Origin: Candidatus Deferrimicrobium sp.
GTDB lineage: Bacteria; Desulfobacterota; Deferrimicrobia; Deferrimicrobiales; Deferrimicrobiaceae
Length of the DNA stretch: 58,619 nt
Direction of reading: 5' to 3'
Assembly (NCBI RefSeq): GCF_036396855.1
Contig: NZ_DASWKA010000066.1
Location: 1 to 58,619, forward strand
Part shown: positions 36,936 to 44,908 of the stretch, piece after piece
Position numbering within the stretch: the stretch's first letter is position 1
Layout of the letters: each line of letters starts with the position of its first letter
The notes under the pieces: generated by a model
The model's input: only the letters and a program-made list of their open reading frames with translations
The model's database searches: none
Told to the model about the DNA's origin: nothing
Position numbers and translations under genes: made by a program

Positions 36936-38462
36936 TCAAGGGGAGCCGGCGACGGAAACCTGCATAACGGAATCCCGCATAACGGAAACCTGCATGAAGT
37001 CGACGTCGCTCAACTCGCCGTCCGTTACGGTCAGCGCGATGTCGTAGATGCCGGCGATGTCCGGGACGAAGGTCGGGTCTTTGGCGCCCGGATCGCTGAA
37101 AGCGACCTGGCTGACCACCGGCACCATCTTCATACCCTCCATCCGCATCTTCATCGGAATCGTCACGAAGGTCCATGTGTACGTGATGGCGTCATCATCC
37201 GGGTCGTGGCTCCCGCCGCCGTCGGACTGCACTACGTTACCGGTTTCGACGTCCTGGTCAGGCCCGGCAGCAGCCACAGGATAGCGGTTCCCGACCGAAG
37301 GGATGAAGTAGCCGTCGGTCAAGGTCTGGAGGAAGGCGACGATGTCGTTGATATCCCCTTCGGTCAGGCCAAGCCGGCCGAAGGTCCCCGCCATGGGCGG
37401 CACGTGGCGATGGACGTTTTCCGGCACCTCGGGCGGCGGCCAACCGGCCCATGTCTCGTCGCGCGTGTTGTTGAACCTGACCACATCGTGCAGCGTCTCA
37501 TGGACGCCGTTGTGCACGTACGGCGGGGTTACGGCGCAGTTGCGCAGCGACGGGATCTTGAATTTGCCATCCTCTTTCGCCGCGTCTTCTTCAGAGATCC
37601 ACCCTGTGCTGCGCAGGAAATCCCCAAGCCCCCTGTCGACGTAATTTACGCCGTCCGGGTTGAGCGGCGGCGGCAGGTAGTAGTAGGGAAGCTCCGGATT
37701 GCGCGGCATGCCCAGGTTCTGGTGGCCGAAATTGGTGAACACCGGCTCGGCGTGGCAGCGGAAGCAGAGGGCCTTGCCCTTAAAGAGCTGATAGCCGCTG
37801 AACTCCTGGTCGGAAAGCCCGGTGTTTCCTGCCTTCCAGGCGTCGTACTTCGACGTGAACGGGCTGGCCTCGGGGGAGCGCATGTACGCCGCCAGGGCTT
37901 CCGCAATGCATTCATAGGCGTAGTCCACGTTTCGAGGGGACAACGGGCCGAAGACCTCCTCGAAAAAACCCGCGTAGGCAGTCTGGCGCACGGCCAGCAC
38001 CACGGTCTTCCTGCTCGGATTATGCATCTCAAGCGGGTTGAGGAAAGGCTGCTTGGCCTGGTCTTCCAACGTGTCCGCGCGCCCGTCCCAGAAGAGCCCG
38101 CCCTTGTACATTCCCTCCATGATTCCCGGGCGCATTGTGGGGTCGAAGTGCAGCGGCGGACTGAACATGGCATACGATACGGTCTGGGCGTTGCGGTTGC
38201 CGAACCGGCTTCGGATGGCACCCTGAGAGACGGGCAGGTACGTATCGGGGTCGGCGAACCCCGCCTGAGGGTCATGACACGAGGCGCAGGACTGGCCCGC
38301 CGGCTTGGAAAGATCGGCATCGAAGAAGATCGCTTTGCCGAGCCGCACCTTTTGCAGGTGATCGGAAAACAGGTCGGAATCCCCGGCGAATACGGACGGC
38401 ACAAGGCCGCCGGCGATCAGTGCCAGTACGAGGATGAACTTTCCAAAGAGATGGCTGCTCAT
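36936..38462 (-). CDS. Di-haem cytochrome c peroxidase (CCP/MauG family) with a C-terminal PKD-like domain
   Basis: ATG 38462 (AGGAGGA RBS) with a signal peptide. Two CxxCH motifs (CASCH, CFRCH). The C-terminal ~90 aa (ITYTWTF...IYDIALTVTDGELSD) are PKD-like. Confidence 0.85.
   Translation of the reverse strand: MSSHLFGKFILVLALIAGGLVPSVFAGDSDLFSDHLQKVRLGKAIFFDADLSKPAGQSCASCHDPQAGFADPDTYLPVSQGAIRSRFGNRNAQTVSYAMFSPPLHFDPTMRPGIMEGMYKGGLFWDGRADTLEDQAKQPFLNPLEMHNPSRKTVVLAVRQTAYAGFFEEVFGPLSPRNVDYAYECIAEALAAYMRSPEASPFTSKYDAWKAGNTGLSDQEFSGYQLFKGKALCFRCHAEPVFTNFGHQNLGMPRNPELPYYYLPPPLNPDGVNYVDRGLGDFLRSTGWISEEDAAKEDGKFKIPSLRNCAVTPPYVHNGVHETLHDVVRFNNTRDETWAGWPPPEVPENVHRHVPPMAGTFGRLGLTEGDINDIVAFLQTLTDGYFIPSVGNRYPVAAAGPDQDVETGNVVQSDGGGSHDPDDDAITYTWTFVTIPMKMRMEGMKMVPVVSQVAFSDPGAKDPTFVPDIAGIYDIALTVTDGELSDVDFMQVSVMRDSVMQVSVAGSP
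36951..36995 (-). repeat. 15-bp tandem repeat x3 at the 3' end of the peroxidase gene
   Basis: On the coding strand: ATGCAGGTTTCCGTT / ATGCGGGATTCCGTT / ATGCAGGTTTCCGTC, encoding MQVSV-MRDSV-MQVSV just before the stop. Confidence 0.85.
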
Positions 38463-38692
38463 GGCTTCCTCCTGATCCTTGAGAACAAACGTGAACTTCT
38501 CAATTTCCGACGGCGGTCCCGAGGCCCAGGCACCCGCCCGCGAGGGCGAGCGGCGACACCTTGAAGAACTCCCTCCGGTCGATCGGCTTCTTCGCCATGG
38601 GATCCTCCTTCCCGGGCTCGCTCGGTCCCGGTGAGGCATCTTACCATATCCAAATATCTTGATCACGCCAGCTAGAAAGGAAAGAAACAGAT

Positions 38693-39094
38693 ATGCTTGA
38701 CCACGTATTTCTCTCAGTTAGCAACCTGGAACGCTCCATAGCGTTCTACACCACAGTCCTGCCTGCGCTCGGAATCACCCGGCGCGTTGACTACGACGGC
38801 AAGAACGGACCACCAGGGCATCCGGACCTGAAGGGTTTCGGCGCCAACGGGCGCATCTTCTTCTGGCTGCGCCAAGGTGTGGTCGATAGTCGCTCCGCAC
38901 ACGTCGGATTTGTGGCGAACAGTGAATCCGAAGTGGATGCCGCGTATGCCGCCGCTATCGCCGCAGGAGCCGCGGATAACGGAGCTCCCGGTTTCCGTCT
39001 TTATTATGACCCGCGCTACTATGCCGCCAATGTCCTCGATCCTGACGGCTATAGCCTCGAATTTGTTTACAAAAACTGGCAGCACACATCATGA
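38693..39094 (+). CDS. VOC-family (glyoxalase/bleomycin-resistance fold) protein
   Basis: 133 aa. MLDHVFLSVSNLERSIAFY... and ...DPDGYSLEFV are typical VOC beta-alpha-beta-beta-beta modules. Confidence 0.8.
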   Translation: MLDHVFLSVSNLERSIAFYTTVLPALGITRRVDYDGKNGPPGHPDLKGFGANGRIFFWLRQGVVDSRSAHVGFVANSESEVDAAYAAAIAAGAADNGAPGFRLYYDPRYYAANVLDPDGYSLEFVYKNWQHTS

Positions 39095-39365
39095 AAAAGT
39101 TATTGATCTATGGAGCGACCGGATACACCGGACGCCTGACCGCCGAGCACGCGAAAGCATTGGGTCTGCCTTTCACGATTGCGGGGCGCGATGGAACACG
39201 GCTTGCCGAACCAGGTCAGGCTACACCTTTACACCGATAGCCGCAGCCGAAGCAGCAAGACGAGTGCTCGATGGCGCTGTAATTCCCGGCTTTCAAACTC
39301 CTGTAGAAATCTTCGGCATCGACTTTGTAAAATCAATCGCCGATACCCAGCTCCACGATATGTAG
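39091..39365 (+). pseudogene. Saccharopine dehydrogenase-family gene with a large internal deletion
   Basis: MKKLLIYGATGYTGRLTAEHAKALGLPFTIAGRDGTRLAE (Rossmann N-terminus) is joined out of frame to the C-terminal-like GYTFTPIAAAEAARRVLDG...IADTQLHDM*. About 250 codons are missing. Confidence 0.6.
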
Positions 39366-39423
39366 CGCCGACATCCTGTCGGCCCAAGGTGTGGGGAAAT
39401 TCCGGGGACATAATACCGTTTTT

Positions 39424-39663
39424 TCAAAATTGTTTTCGCGGTCTCCCTGGCATCCCGATGCGTAACTCCCGCCCTGTTACCTGTTCGATATTTTTAACAA
39501 AATCATCATCGCCAGCCGGTCTCCCCGTACGCGTGGCGAGCCGCAATTTGCTTGTCTTTTCGTCGTCTTGTGAAGCAATAAACCCTTGCCAATTTGTGAT
39601 CAAGCCTTTAAGTGTCCGGTCCTTCACAAAGGGGTCTTGTTGCGTGGCGAGGAGGTCGTGTGG
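39424..39663 (-). pseudogene. C-terminal fragment of a REP-associated tyrosine transposase (RAYT / IS200-like) type gene
   Basis: ...LRLATRTGRPAGDDDFVKNIEQVTGRELRIGMPGRPRK matches the conserved tail (RTGRP.G...F...E..TGR.L....PGRP.K) as I recall it. The catalytic N-terminus is absent. Confidence 0.5.
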
Positions 39664-40279
39664 CAATCGGACCTTGGTCCGAAAATCGATTGCGGAACAA
39701 GTCATCCTCGGGGCGGTGTACGAGAAGATTTCGAATGCAGAGGCACTGAGCTACATCTTTCGCCAAGTCGAAACGCAGACCGCCAAGGAACTCGCAAAAA
39801 GTCCGGAGACCATCCTTCAAAAGGAAGCGGAGTATGCGGATGAGAAGCGCAAGGTGGACAATCTTCTCAAGTTCATCATGGAGGGGAAGGCTGGTCACCT
39901 GAAGTCGGTTGCTGACAGTCTGGGACTTTGCGAAAGGAACGTCGAGCGGCTTGGGGCCGAGCTGGAAGCACTCCGGATGAGCGACAAGCGCCGGTTCAAG
40001 GCACCTCCGAAGGAGTGGATCCTGGAGCGGGTTACCGACATCAGGGGAATCCTGGAACAGAAGACGGAGCGGGCGGCCTTGCTCCTGAGGAATTTGTTGG
40101 GGAAGGTCCGTCTCGATCCGGTTACCCCCCTGAAGGGGCGGCCATACTACCGTGCGACGTCAAACCTTGACGCTCTCGCTCTTGTCGAGCACGGAATGAA
40201 TGAACCGGGGTCCCCAGTGAAGGGAAGCCCCGGTTCGACGACTTTCCGGTGGTGGGCGCTACAGGATTTGAACCTGTGA
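39659..40279 (+). pseudogene. C-terminal fragment of a large serine recombinase
   Basis: CGNRTLVRKSIAEQVILGAVYEKI... followed by a coiled-coil region. The resolvase catalytic domain is missing. The reading frame runs into the 3' end of tRNA-Val. Confidence 0.55.
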
Positions 40280-40324
40280 CTTCCACCGTGTGAAGGTGGC
40301 ACTCTACCGCTGAGTTAAGCGCCC
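40250..40324 (-). tRNA. tRNA-Val (anticodon CAC)
   Basis: Cloverleaf by hand: GGGCGCT/AGCGCCC acceptor, anticodon stem CCACC/GGTGG with loop TTCACAC, T-arm ACAGG-TTCAAAT-CCTGT, encoded CCA. Confidence 0.9.
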
Positions 40325-40400
40325 CGAGAGACTTCTATTGTACCTTCCCGCCTTCCCCGTTCAACGGTTATTTCTCGCGGCGTTCCCCCCGGGGCTGCGT

Positions 40401-41162
40401 TCAGAACGAGAGCTGCGCCCCGAGGTACGGCCCGCTCAGCTTGAAGGAGGCGAGCGTGCCGTCCTCGTCGATCTTCAGGTCGATGTGCCGGTATCCTCCC
40501 TGGATCCGGACGAACGGCAGGGGGGCGAACGAGGCGTATGCGTCAACGTCGTACAGGTGGTTCCCGGAGTAGGCGATCCCGGACGCGCGGGCGTCGACGC
40601 GAATCACGTCCTTTATGAATCCGACCCCCGCCGCCGCGCCGAGCATCGGGATCGGCGCCTTGAAATCCTTCGTTTCCGTCTGGGTGGTGCTGCGCAGCTC
40701 CACCTGCCCGTCCACGTACTTCACCTTCAGGAGGAGCCCAAGGTTGAAGCCGGCCACTCCCGCGTCGGGACGGAGGAAGTCGAACTGCACCTCCCCGTCG
40801 AGCATCTTCATGTCGAGGCTGGAGATCACGTTTTCCGATGCGAAATAGGGTGTCCCGTTGAAAACGACCGTCTGGGTCAGCTCCTTCTCCCCGTCGAACG
40901 CGAGCTGCATGTACCCCACCCGAAGCGTCGTGCTCCCGAGCCGCAGGAACGCCTCCCCGAACGGGATATTCTCGTCATCCACTCCCAGGGTGTCCTTGAA
41001 ATCGAACCGGGTGTCGCCGGTCTCGTTCGTCTGCGCGCTGCCGGTCAGTTTGGGGAACCAGTACGCCCCGCGGGCTCCCACCTCGAACCCCGAAGCCGCC
41101 AATGCGCTGCCCGCCAAGAGGAGGAAACCCGCCGCCGTCACAACCTGTAGATACCGTCGCAT
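40401..41162 (-). CDS. Outer-membrane beta-barrel protein
   Basis: ATG 41162. Signal peptide ...AAGFLLLAGSALAAS. Alternating hydrophobic beta-strand pattern and a C-terminal ...GAQLSF (terminal Phe). Confidence 0.7.
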   Translation of the reverse strand: MRRYLQVVTAAGFLLLAGSALAASGFEVGARGAYWFPKLTGSAQTNETGDTRFDFKDTLGVDDENIPFGEAFLRLGSTTLRVGYMQLAFDGEKELTQTVVFNGTPYFASENVISSLDMKMLDGEVQFDFLRPDAGVAGFNLGLLLKVKYVDGQVELRSTTQTETKDFKAPIPMLGAAAGVGFIKDVIRVDARASGIAYSGNHLYDVDAYASFAPLPFVRIQGGYRHIDLKIDEDGTLASFKLSGPYLGAQLSF

Positions 41163-41244
41163 CACACTCTCCTTTCCCCGTTCGAGAAAATCGCACATGG
41201 TGTATTATCGGCAGGAACGGCACGAATCCTTACGAACAAAGGAC

Positions 41245-41340
41245 GGAAGCGGATGGGGCGCTGGTGGCCCCCCCGGACTTCAAATCCGGTCGGGAGGCGG
41301 AAACGTCTCCGGTGGGTTCGATTCCCTCACGCTTCCGCCA
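41245..41340 (+). tRNA. selC: tRNA-Sec (anticodon UCA)
   Basis: 96 nt. GGAAG...CTTCCGCCA ends as in E. coli selC. Anticodon arm CCGGA-CTTCAAA-TCCGG. Long variable arm GGAGGCG-GAAA-CGTCTCC. T-loop TTCGATT. Confidence 0.85.
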
Positions 41341-41485
41341 GTCATTTCCCATTGGAAGCCCGGGGAATCGAAGCAAGTCGAGCGCCGACGAACAGGAGGA
41401 AGAGCGGTCATGCTTCTTCTTAGTCCGCGTCAGCTCGACGAGCCGGCCCTCAATTAGCGAGCGGGCGACCGCGAGCTAACGTGGG

Positions 41486-41506
41486 GATTCCCTCACGCTT
41501 CCGCCA
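41486..41506 (+). repeat. Perfect 21-bp duplicate of the tRNA-Sec 3' end
   Basis: GATTCCCTCACGCTTCCGCCA equals 41320-41340. It lies 145 bp downstream of the tRNA. Confidence 0.9.
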
Positions 41507-41507
41507 T

Positions 41508-41616
41508 CCTCCTTCGCTCGAAATTATTAATAAAATCTTGGAAATTTCGAGCTTCGGAGGATGGCCTCCGAAGCTCAGGGGCCCGGGAGTTCCGTTGCGA
41601 CCCGGAGCGAAGGAGG
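41508..41616. repeat. Nested inverted repeats in an AT-rich block
   Basis: Outer 12-bp IR CCTCCTTCGCTC (41508-41519) / GAGCGAAGGAGG (41605-41616). Inner perfect hairpin GAGCTTCGGAGG-ATGG-CCTCCGAAGCTC (41549-41576). Includes AAATTATTAATAAAATCTT. Confidence 0.8.
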
Positions 41617-41645
41617 GCAATCCTCATCCCATCGGAAGCCCGGTG

Positions 41646-42203
41646 TTACCGGTAGGAGTACCTGCACCCGCAGTAGTTCTGGCGATAGAGGCCCATCTCC
41701 CTGCTGGCGCGGACGCTTTTCAGGTACCCGTCCCCCTTTTTCAGGTCCGCCTCGACGAAGCGGATCCCGGACCGCTCCCCCTCCTCGCGTCCCACGCGGT
41801 TCACCATGGCGGCGTCCTTCTTCGGGCTGACGGTCAGCACCGTGCCGAAGGCGGGCATCCCGAGTTCCGCCGCTTTCCTCGCCGTTTCCCGCATTCGCAG
41901 CCGGACGCACACCTCGCACCGGCGTCCCCGCTCGGGTTCGCCTTCCATTCCCCGGACGGCGTCCTCCCACGCCGCCTCGCCGCCGGCGCCGACCACCAGG
42001 GAGAAGGAGTCTTTCTCCTGCAGGTCGAGGGTCGCGCGGAGCCGCTTCCGGATCTCTTCCCGGGGGTGGATGTTTGGGTTATAAAAGAAACCGGAGACGT
42101 TGAACCGGTCCCGCAACGCCCTGACGCCGTAAGTGGCGTCCGGGGCGCAGCAGATGTGGACCAGGACTTCCGTCCCCGACGGGACGTCGCAAAGGAGTCG
42201 CAC
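41646..42203 (-). CDS. queH: Epoxyqueuosine reductase QueH (DUF208)
   Basis: 185 aa. HICCAPD, FFYNPNIHP, RCEVC and YRQNYCGC motifs. Confidence 0.88.
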   Translation of the reverse strand: MRLLCDVPSGTEVLVHICCAPDATYGVRALRDRFNVSGFFYNPNIHPREEIRKRLRATLDLQEKDSFSLVVGAGGEAAWEDAVRGMEGEPERGRRCEVCVRLRMRETARKAAELGMPAFGTVLTVSPKKDAAMVNRVGREEGERSGIRFVEADLKKGDGYLKSVRASREMGLYRQNYCGCRYSYR

Positions 42204-42220
42204 GAGGGAACCCGCCCCCC

Positions 42221-43102
42221 TTGTCGGTGATCTTACGAGGGATAATAACCGGATTTTTCCCCGAAGGGGAAGGAGAGATTCCGACGGTGCCGATCCTGCT
42301 GCTTCTCGCCACCTTCGTCACGACGCTGTTCGCCGGGTCGTTCCTCGCCGGAGGAAACCCCTTCGTCCGCCCCGCGGACCTCCTCCTCGGCCTCATGTTC
42401 AACGTCCCGCTGCTGTCGATCCTCGGAATCCACGAACTTGGACATTACGCGGCGGCCCGGCATCACCGTGTTGACGTGACCCCGCCGTTCTTCCTTCCCG
42501 CCCCGTCGTTCATCGGCACATTCGGGGCGTTCATCCGGATCCGGTCCCCGATTCCGCACCGGAACGCCCTCTTCGACGTGGGAATCTCGGGGCCCCTGGC
42601 AGGAGCGGTGGTCGCGATCCCCGTCCTGATGATCGGCCTGAGCCTTTCCGCTGTCCGGCCGGAGATGGCCCAGGGGGGGACCACCCTTGGGGAGTCCCTT
42701 GCATTCCAGGCGGTCGCCCGCCTGGTCCTCGGACCGGTCACCAAAGGGTTCGACGTCGTTCTTCACCCCATGGCCTTTGCAGGCTGGATCGGCCTCTTCG
42801 TTACGATGCTGAATCTCATCCCCGCCGGGCAGCTCGACGGCGGGCACATCGCGTACGCCCTCCTCGGCGACCGGTATGCGGAGGTGGCCCGCCTCGTCCC
42901 CTACGCCCTCCTTCTCATGGGGATGGCGTGGGTAGGCTGGTTCGTCTGGGCGGCCCTTCTGTTCTTCCTGGGGACGCGGCATCCTCGGACCGTCTCCGAC
43001 GAGTTGCCGCTTTCGGCGGGACGGAAAATTCTCGGCGGGGTCGCTGTCCTCCTGTTCCTCCTCTGTTTCTCTCTCAATCCGTTCCCTATCGGCAGGGGAT
43101 GA
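42221..43102 (+). CDS. Site-2 protease family (peptidase M50) membrane metalloprotease
   Basis: HELGHY zinc motif in a TM helix. Polytopic, with a downstream NLIPAGQLDGGH motif. Confidence 0.85.
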   Translation: MSVILRGIITGFFPEGEGEIPTVPILLLLATFVTTLFAGSFLAGGNPFVRPADLLLGLMFNVPLLSILGIHELGHYAAARHHRVDVTPPFFLPAPSFIGTFGAFIRIRSPIPHRNALFDVGISGPLAGAVVAIPVLMIGLSLSAVRPEMAQGGTTLGESLAFQAVARLVLGPVTKGFDVVLHPMAFAGWIGLFVTMLNLIPAGQLDGGHIAYALLGDRYAEVARLVPYALLLMGMAWVGWFVWAALLFFLGTRHPRTVSDELPLSAGRKILGGVAVLLFLLCFSLNPFPIGRG

Positions 43103-43141
43103 GCCATTCGCGAGCTGCTCACCCTGCGACCGTACCTCGCC

Positions 43142-44908
43142 ATGCACCGGCGGGTGTATGCCCTGTGCGTCCTCGGGCTCATCGTCGCCAGCGTCTTCGG
43201 CCTCCTCGTTCCCTGGATGACCCGGGAGGCGGTGGACGCCGTCTCCGGCGCGCAGGGAGGCGGACCGTCCGGCGAGAGCCGCCTTCTCCGCGCCGTGGGG
43301 CTCATGATCCTCTTCTCGATCCTGTATGCCGTCTTCCGGTTCCTTTCGCGCCGGTCCCTGTTCATGGTCTCGCGGGACGTGGAGAAGGAGGTGCGGCTGC
43401 GCCTCTTCTCCCACGTGGTCCGCCTGCCGATCCGTTTTTTCCACGCGACGCCGACGGGGGACGTGATGTCGCGCATGACGAACGATCTGACCGCCGTGTG
43501 GCTCTTCCTCGGCCCCGGTCTGCTCATGCTCGTCGGGACCGCCATCTCGTGGCTGCTCGCGGTCGCCTTCATGCTCCGGATCAGTCCCATGCTCACCGGC
43601 GTGTCGCTGCTGATCGCCCCCGCGGTGGTGTACCTCTCCCGGGAGTACGGGCGCGCCTTCCACCGGCGGCATCGCCTGGTCCAGGAATCGCTCGCCTCGA
43701 TGAACGCGGCGCTGCAGGAGAACGTCTCGGGGATCCGCCTGGTGAAGGCGTTCACCCTCGAGGCGAGGGAGGAGGAGCGGTTCTCCGGGGAGTGCGAGCG
43801 GTATTACCGGCACAACCTGGCCGTCGCGCGGACCTCCGCGGCGTTTCACGGGGCGATCGGCCTGCTCGCCGGCGCGGGCGTGGTCCTCGTCCTGTACCTC
43901 GGGGGACGGGCCGTCGTCCAGGGTGCTCTCACCCTCGGGGGGTTCGTCGCCTTCAACGCCTACCTTGCGATGCTATCCTTCCCGACGATGGCGATGGGAT
44001 GGGTGATCAACCTTTTCCAGCGGGGGAGCTCCGCCATGGGGCGGATCAACGAGTTTCTGCGGCTGCCCGTGGAGTTTCCCGAAGGCGGGACTTCGCTCGC
44101 CGGGGAGGAGACGACACCCGTCGAGGATGCGCGGGGTTCCGGGATCGGGGAGCCGCCGCTCCTCGAGGTCCGGGGCCTCGCTTTCTCCCATGGGGGCGAC
44201 GGAAGAGGGGAGGCGCTCCGGGGCGTCTCCTTCTCCGTGCGGAAGGGGGAGGTGCTCGGGCTGGTGGGGCCCACCGGCGGCGGGAAGAGCACGCTCCTCT
44301 CCCTGCTCTCCGGGCTCTATCCCGCGCCGCCCGGGACGGTCTTCCTCGACGGGATCGACGCGTCGACGATCCCGCTTCCCGAACGGCGCCGCCGCTTCGC
44401 CGTGGTCTCCCAGGACCCGTTCCTCTTCTCCGACTCCGTGCTCGAGAACGTATGCTTCGGGCGGGAACGGATCGACCCGGAAGCCGCCAGAATGGCGACC
44501 GGCCTCGCCCGCTTTCTCGCCGAGGTCGAGGAGATGCCGAACGGGTTCGACACCGTCGTGGGGGAACGCGGGATCTCGCTCTCGGGGGGGCAGAAGCAGC
44601 GGGCCACGATCGCCCGCGCGCTTTGCGCCGGCGCACCGATCCTGCTGTTGGACGACGCCCTCTCCGCCGTGGACGCCGGGACGGAGCGGGAGATCTTCGA
44701 GGGGATCCTCCCGGGAAAGGGGGACCGTACGGTCCTGTTCAGCACGCACCGGATGGCTTCCCTCTCCCGGTGCGACCGGATCCTCGTGCTGGCGGACGGC
44801 CGGATCGTCGAGGAGGGGACGCACGACGACCTTCTCTCCCTGCGCGGCGTCTACTTCGACCTGTACTCCCGCCAGATGCTCGCCCGGGAGCTGGAGGAGT
44901 CGTCGTGA
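43142..44908 (+). CDS. ABC exporter, fused permease/ATPase (MdlA/multidrug-type)
   Basis: Six-TM domain plus NBD: GPTGGGKST, LSGGQKQR, ILLLDDALSAVD. The 13 in-frame codons upstream of ATG 43142 (AIRELLTLRPYLA) look like native N-terminus, so the true start may be a non-canonical codon at 43106-43117. Confidence 0.88.
   Translation: MHRRVYALCVLGLIVASVFGLLVPWMTREAVDAVSGAQGGGPSGESRLLRAVGLMILFSILYAVFRFLSRRSLFMVSRDVEKEVRLRLFSHVVRLPIRFFHATPTGDVMSRMTNDLTAVWLFLGPGLLMLVGTAISWLLAVAFMLRISPMLTGVSLLIAPAVVYLSREYGRAFHRRHRLVQESLASMNAALQENVSGIRLVKAFTLEAREEERFSGECERYYRHNLAVARTSAAFHGAIGLLAGAGVVLVLYLGGRAVVQGALTLGGFVAFNAYLAMLSFPTMAMGWVINLFQRGSSAMGRINEFLRLPVEFPEGGTSLAGEETTPVEDARGSGIGEPPLLEVRGLAFSHGGDGRGEALRGVSFSVRKGEVLGLVGPTGGGKSTLLSLLSGLYPAPPGTVFLDGIDASTIPLPERRRRFAVVSQDPFLFSDSVLENVCFGRERIDPEAARMATGLARFLAEVEEMPNGFDTVVGERGISLSGGQKQRATIARALCAGAPILLLDDALSAVDAGTEREIFEGILPGKGDRTVLFSTHRMASLSRCDRILVLADGRIVEEGTHDDLLSLRGVYFDLYSRQMLARELEESS

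Noticed and set aside
43100-43102. UGA read as selenocysteine or read-through fusing the M50 protease to the ABC exporter (selC lies 1.8 kb upstream)
   Set aside because: There is no SECIS-like hairpin directly downstream. A protease-exporter fusion has no precedent that I know of, and the simpler explanation is a non-canonical or downstream start.
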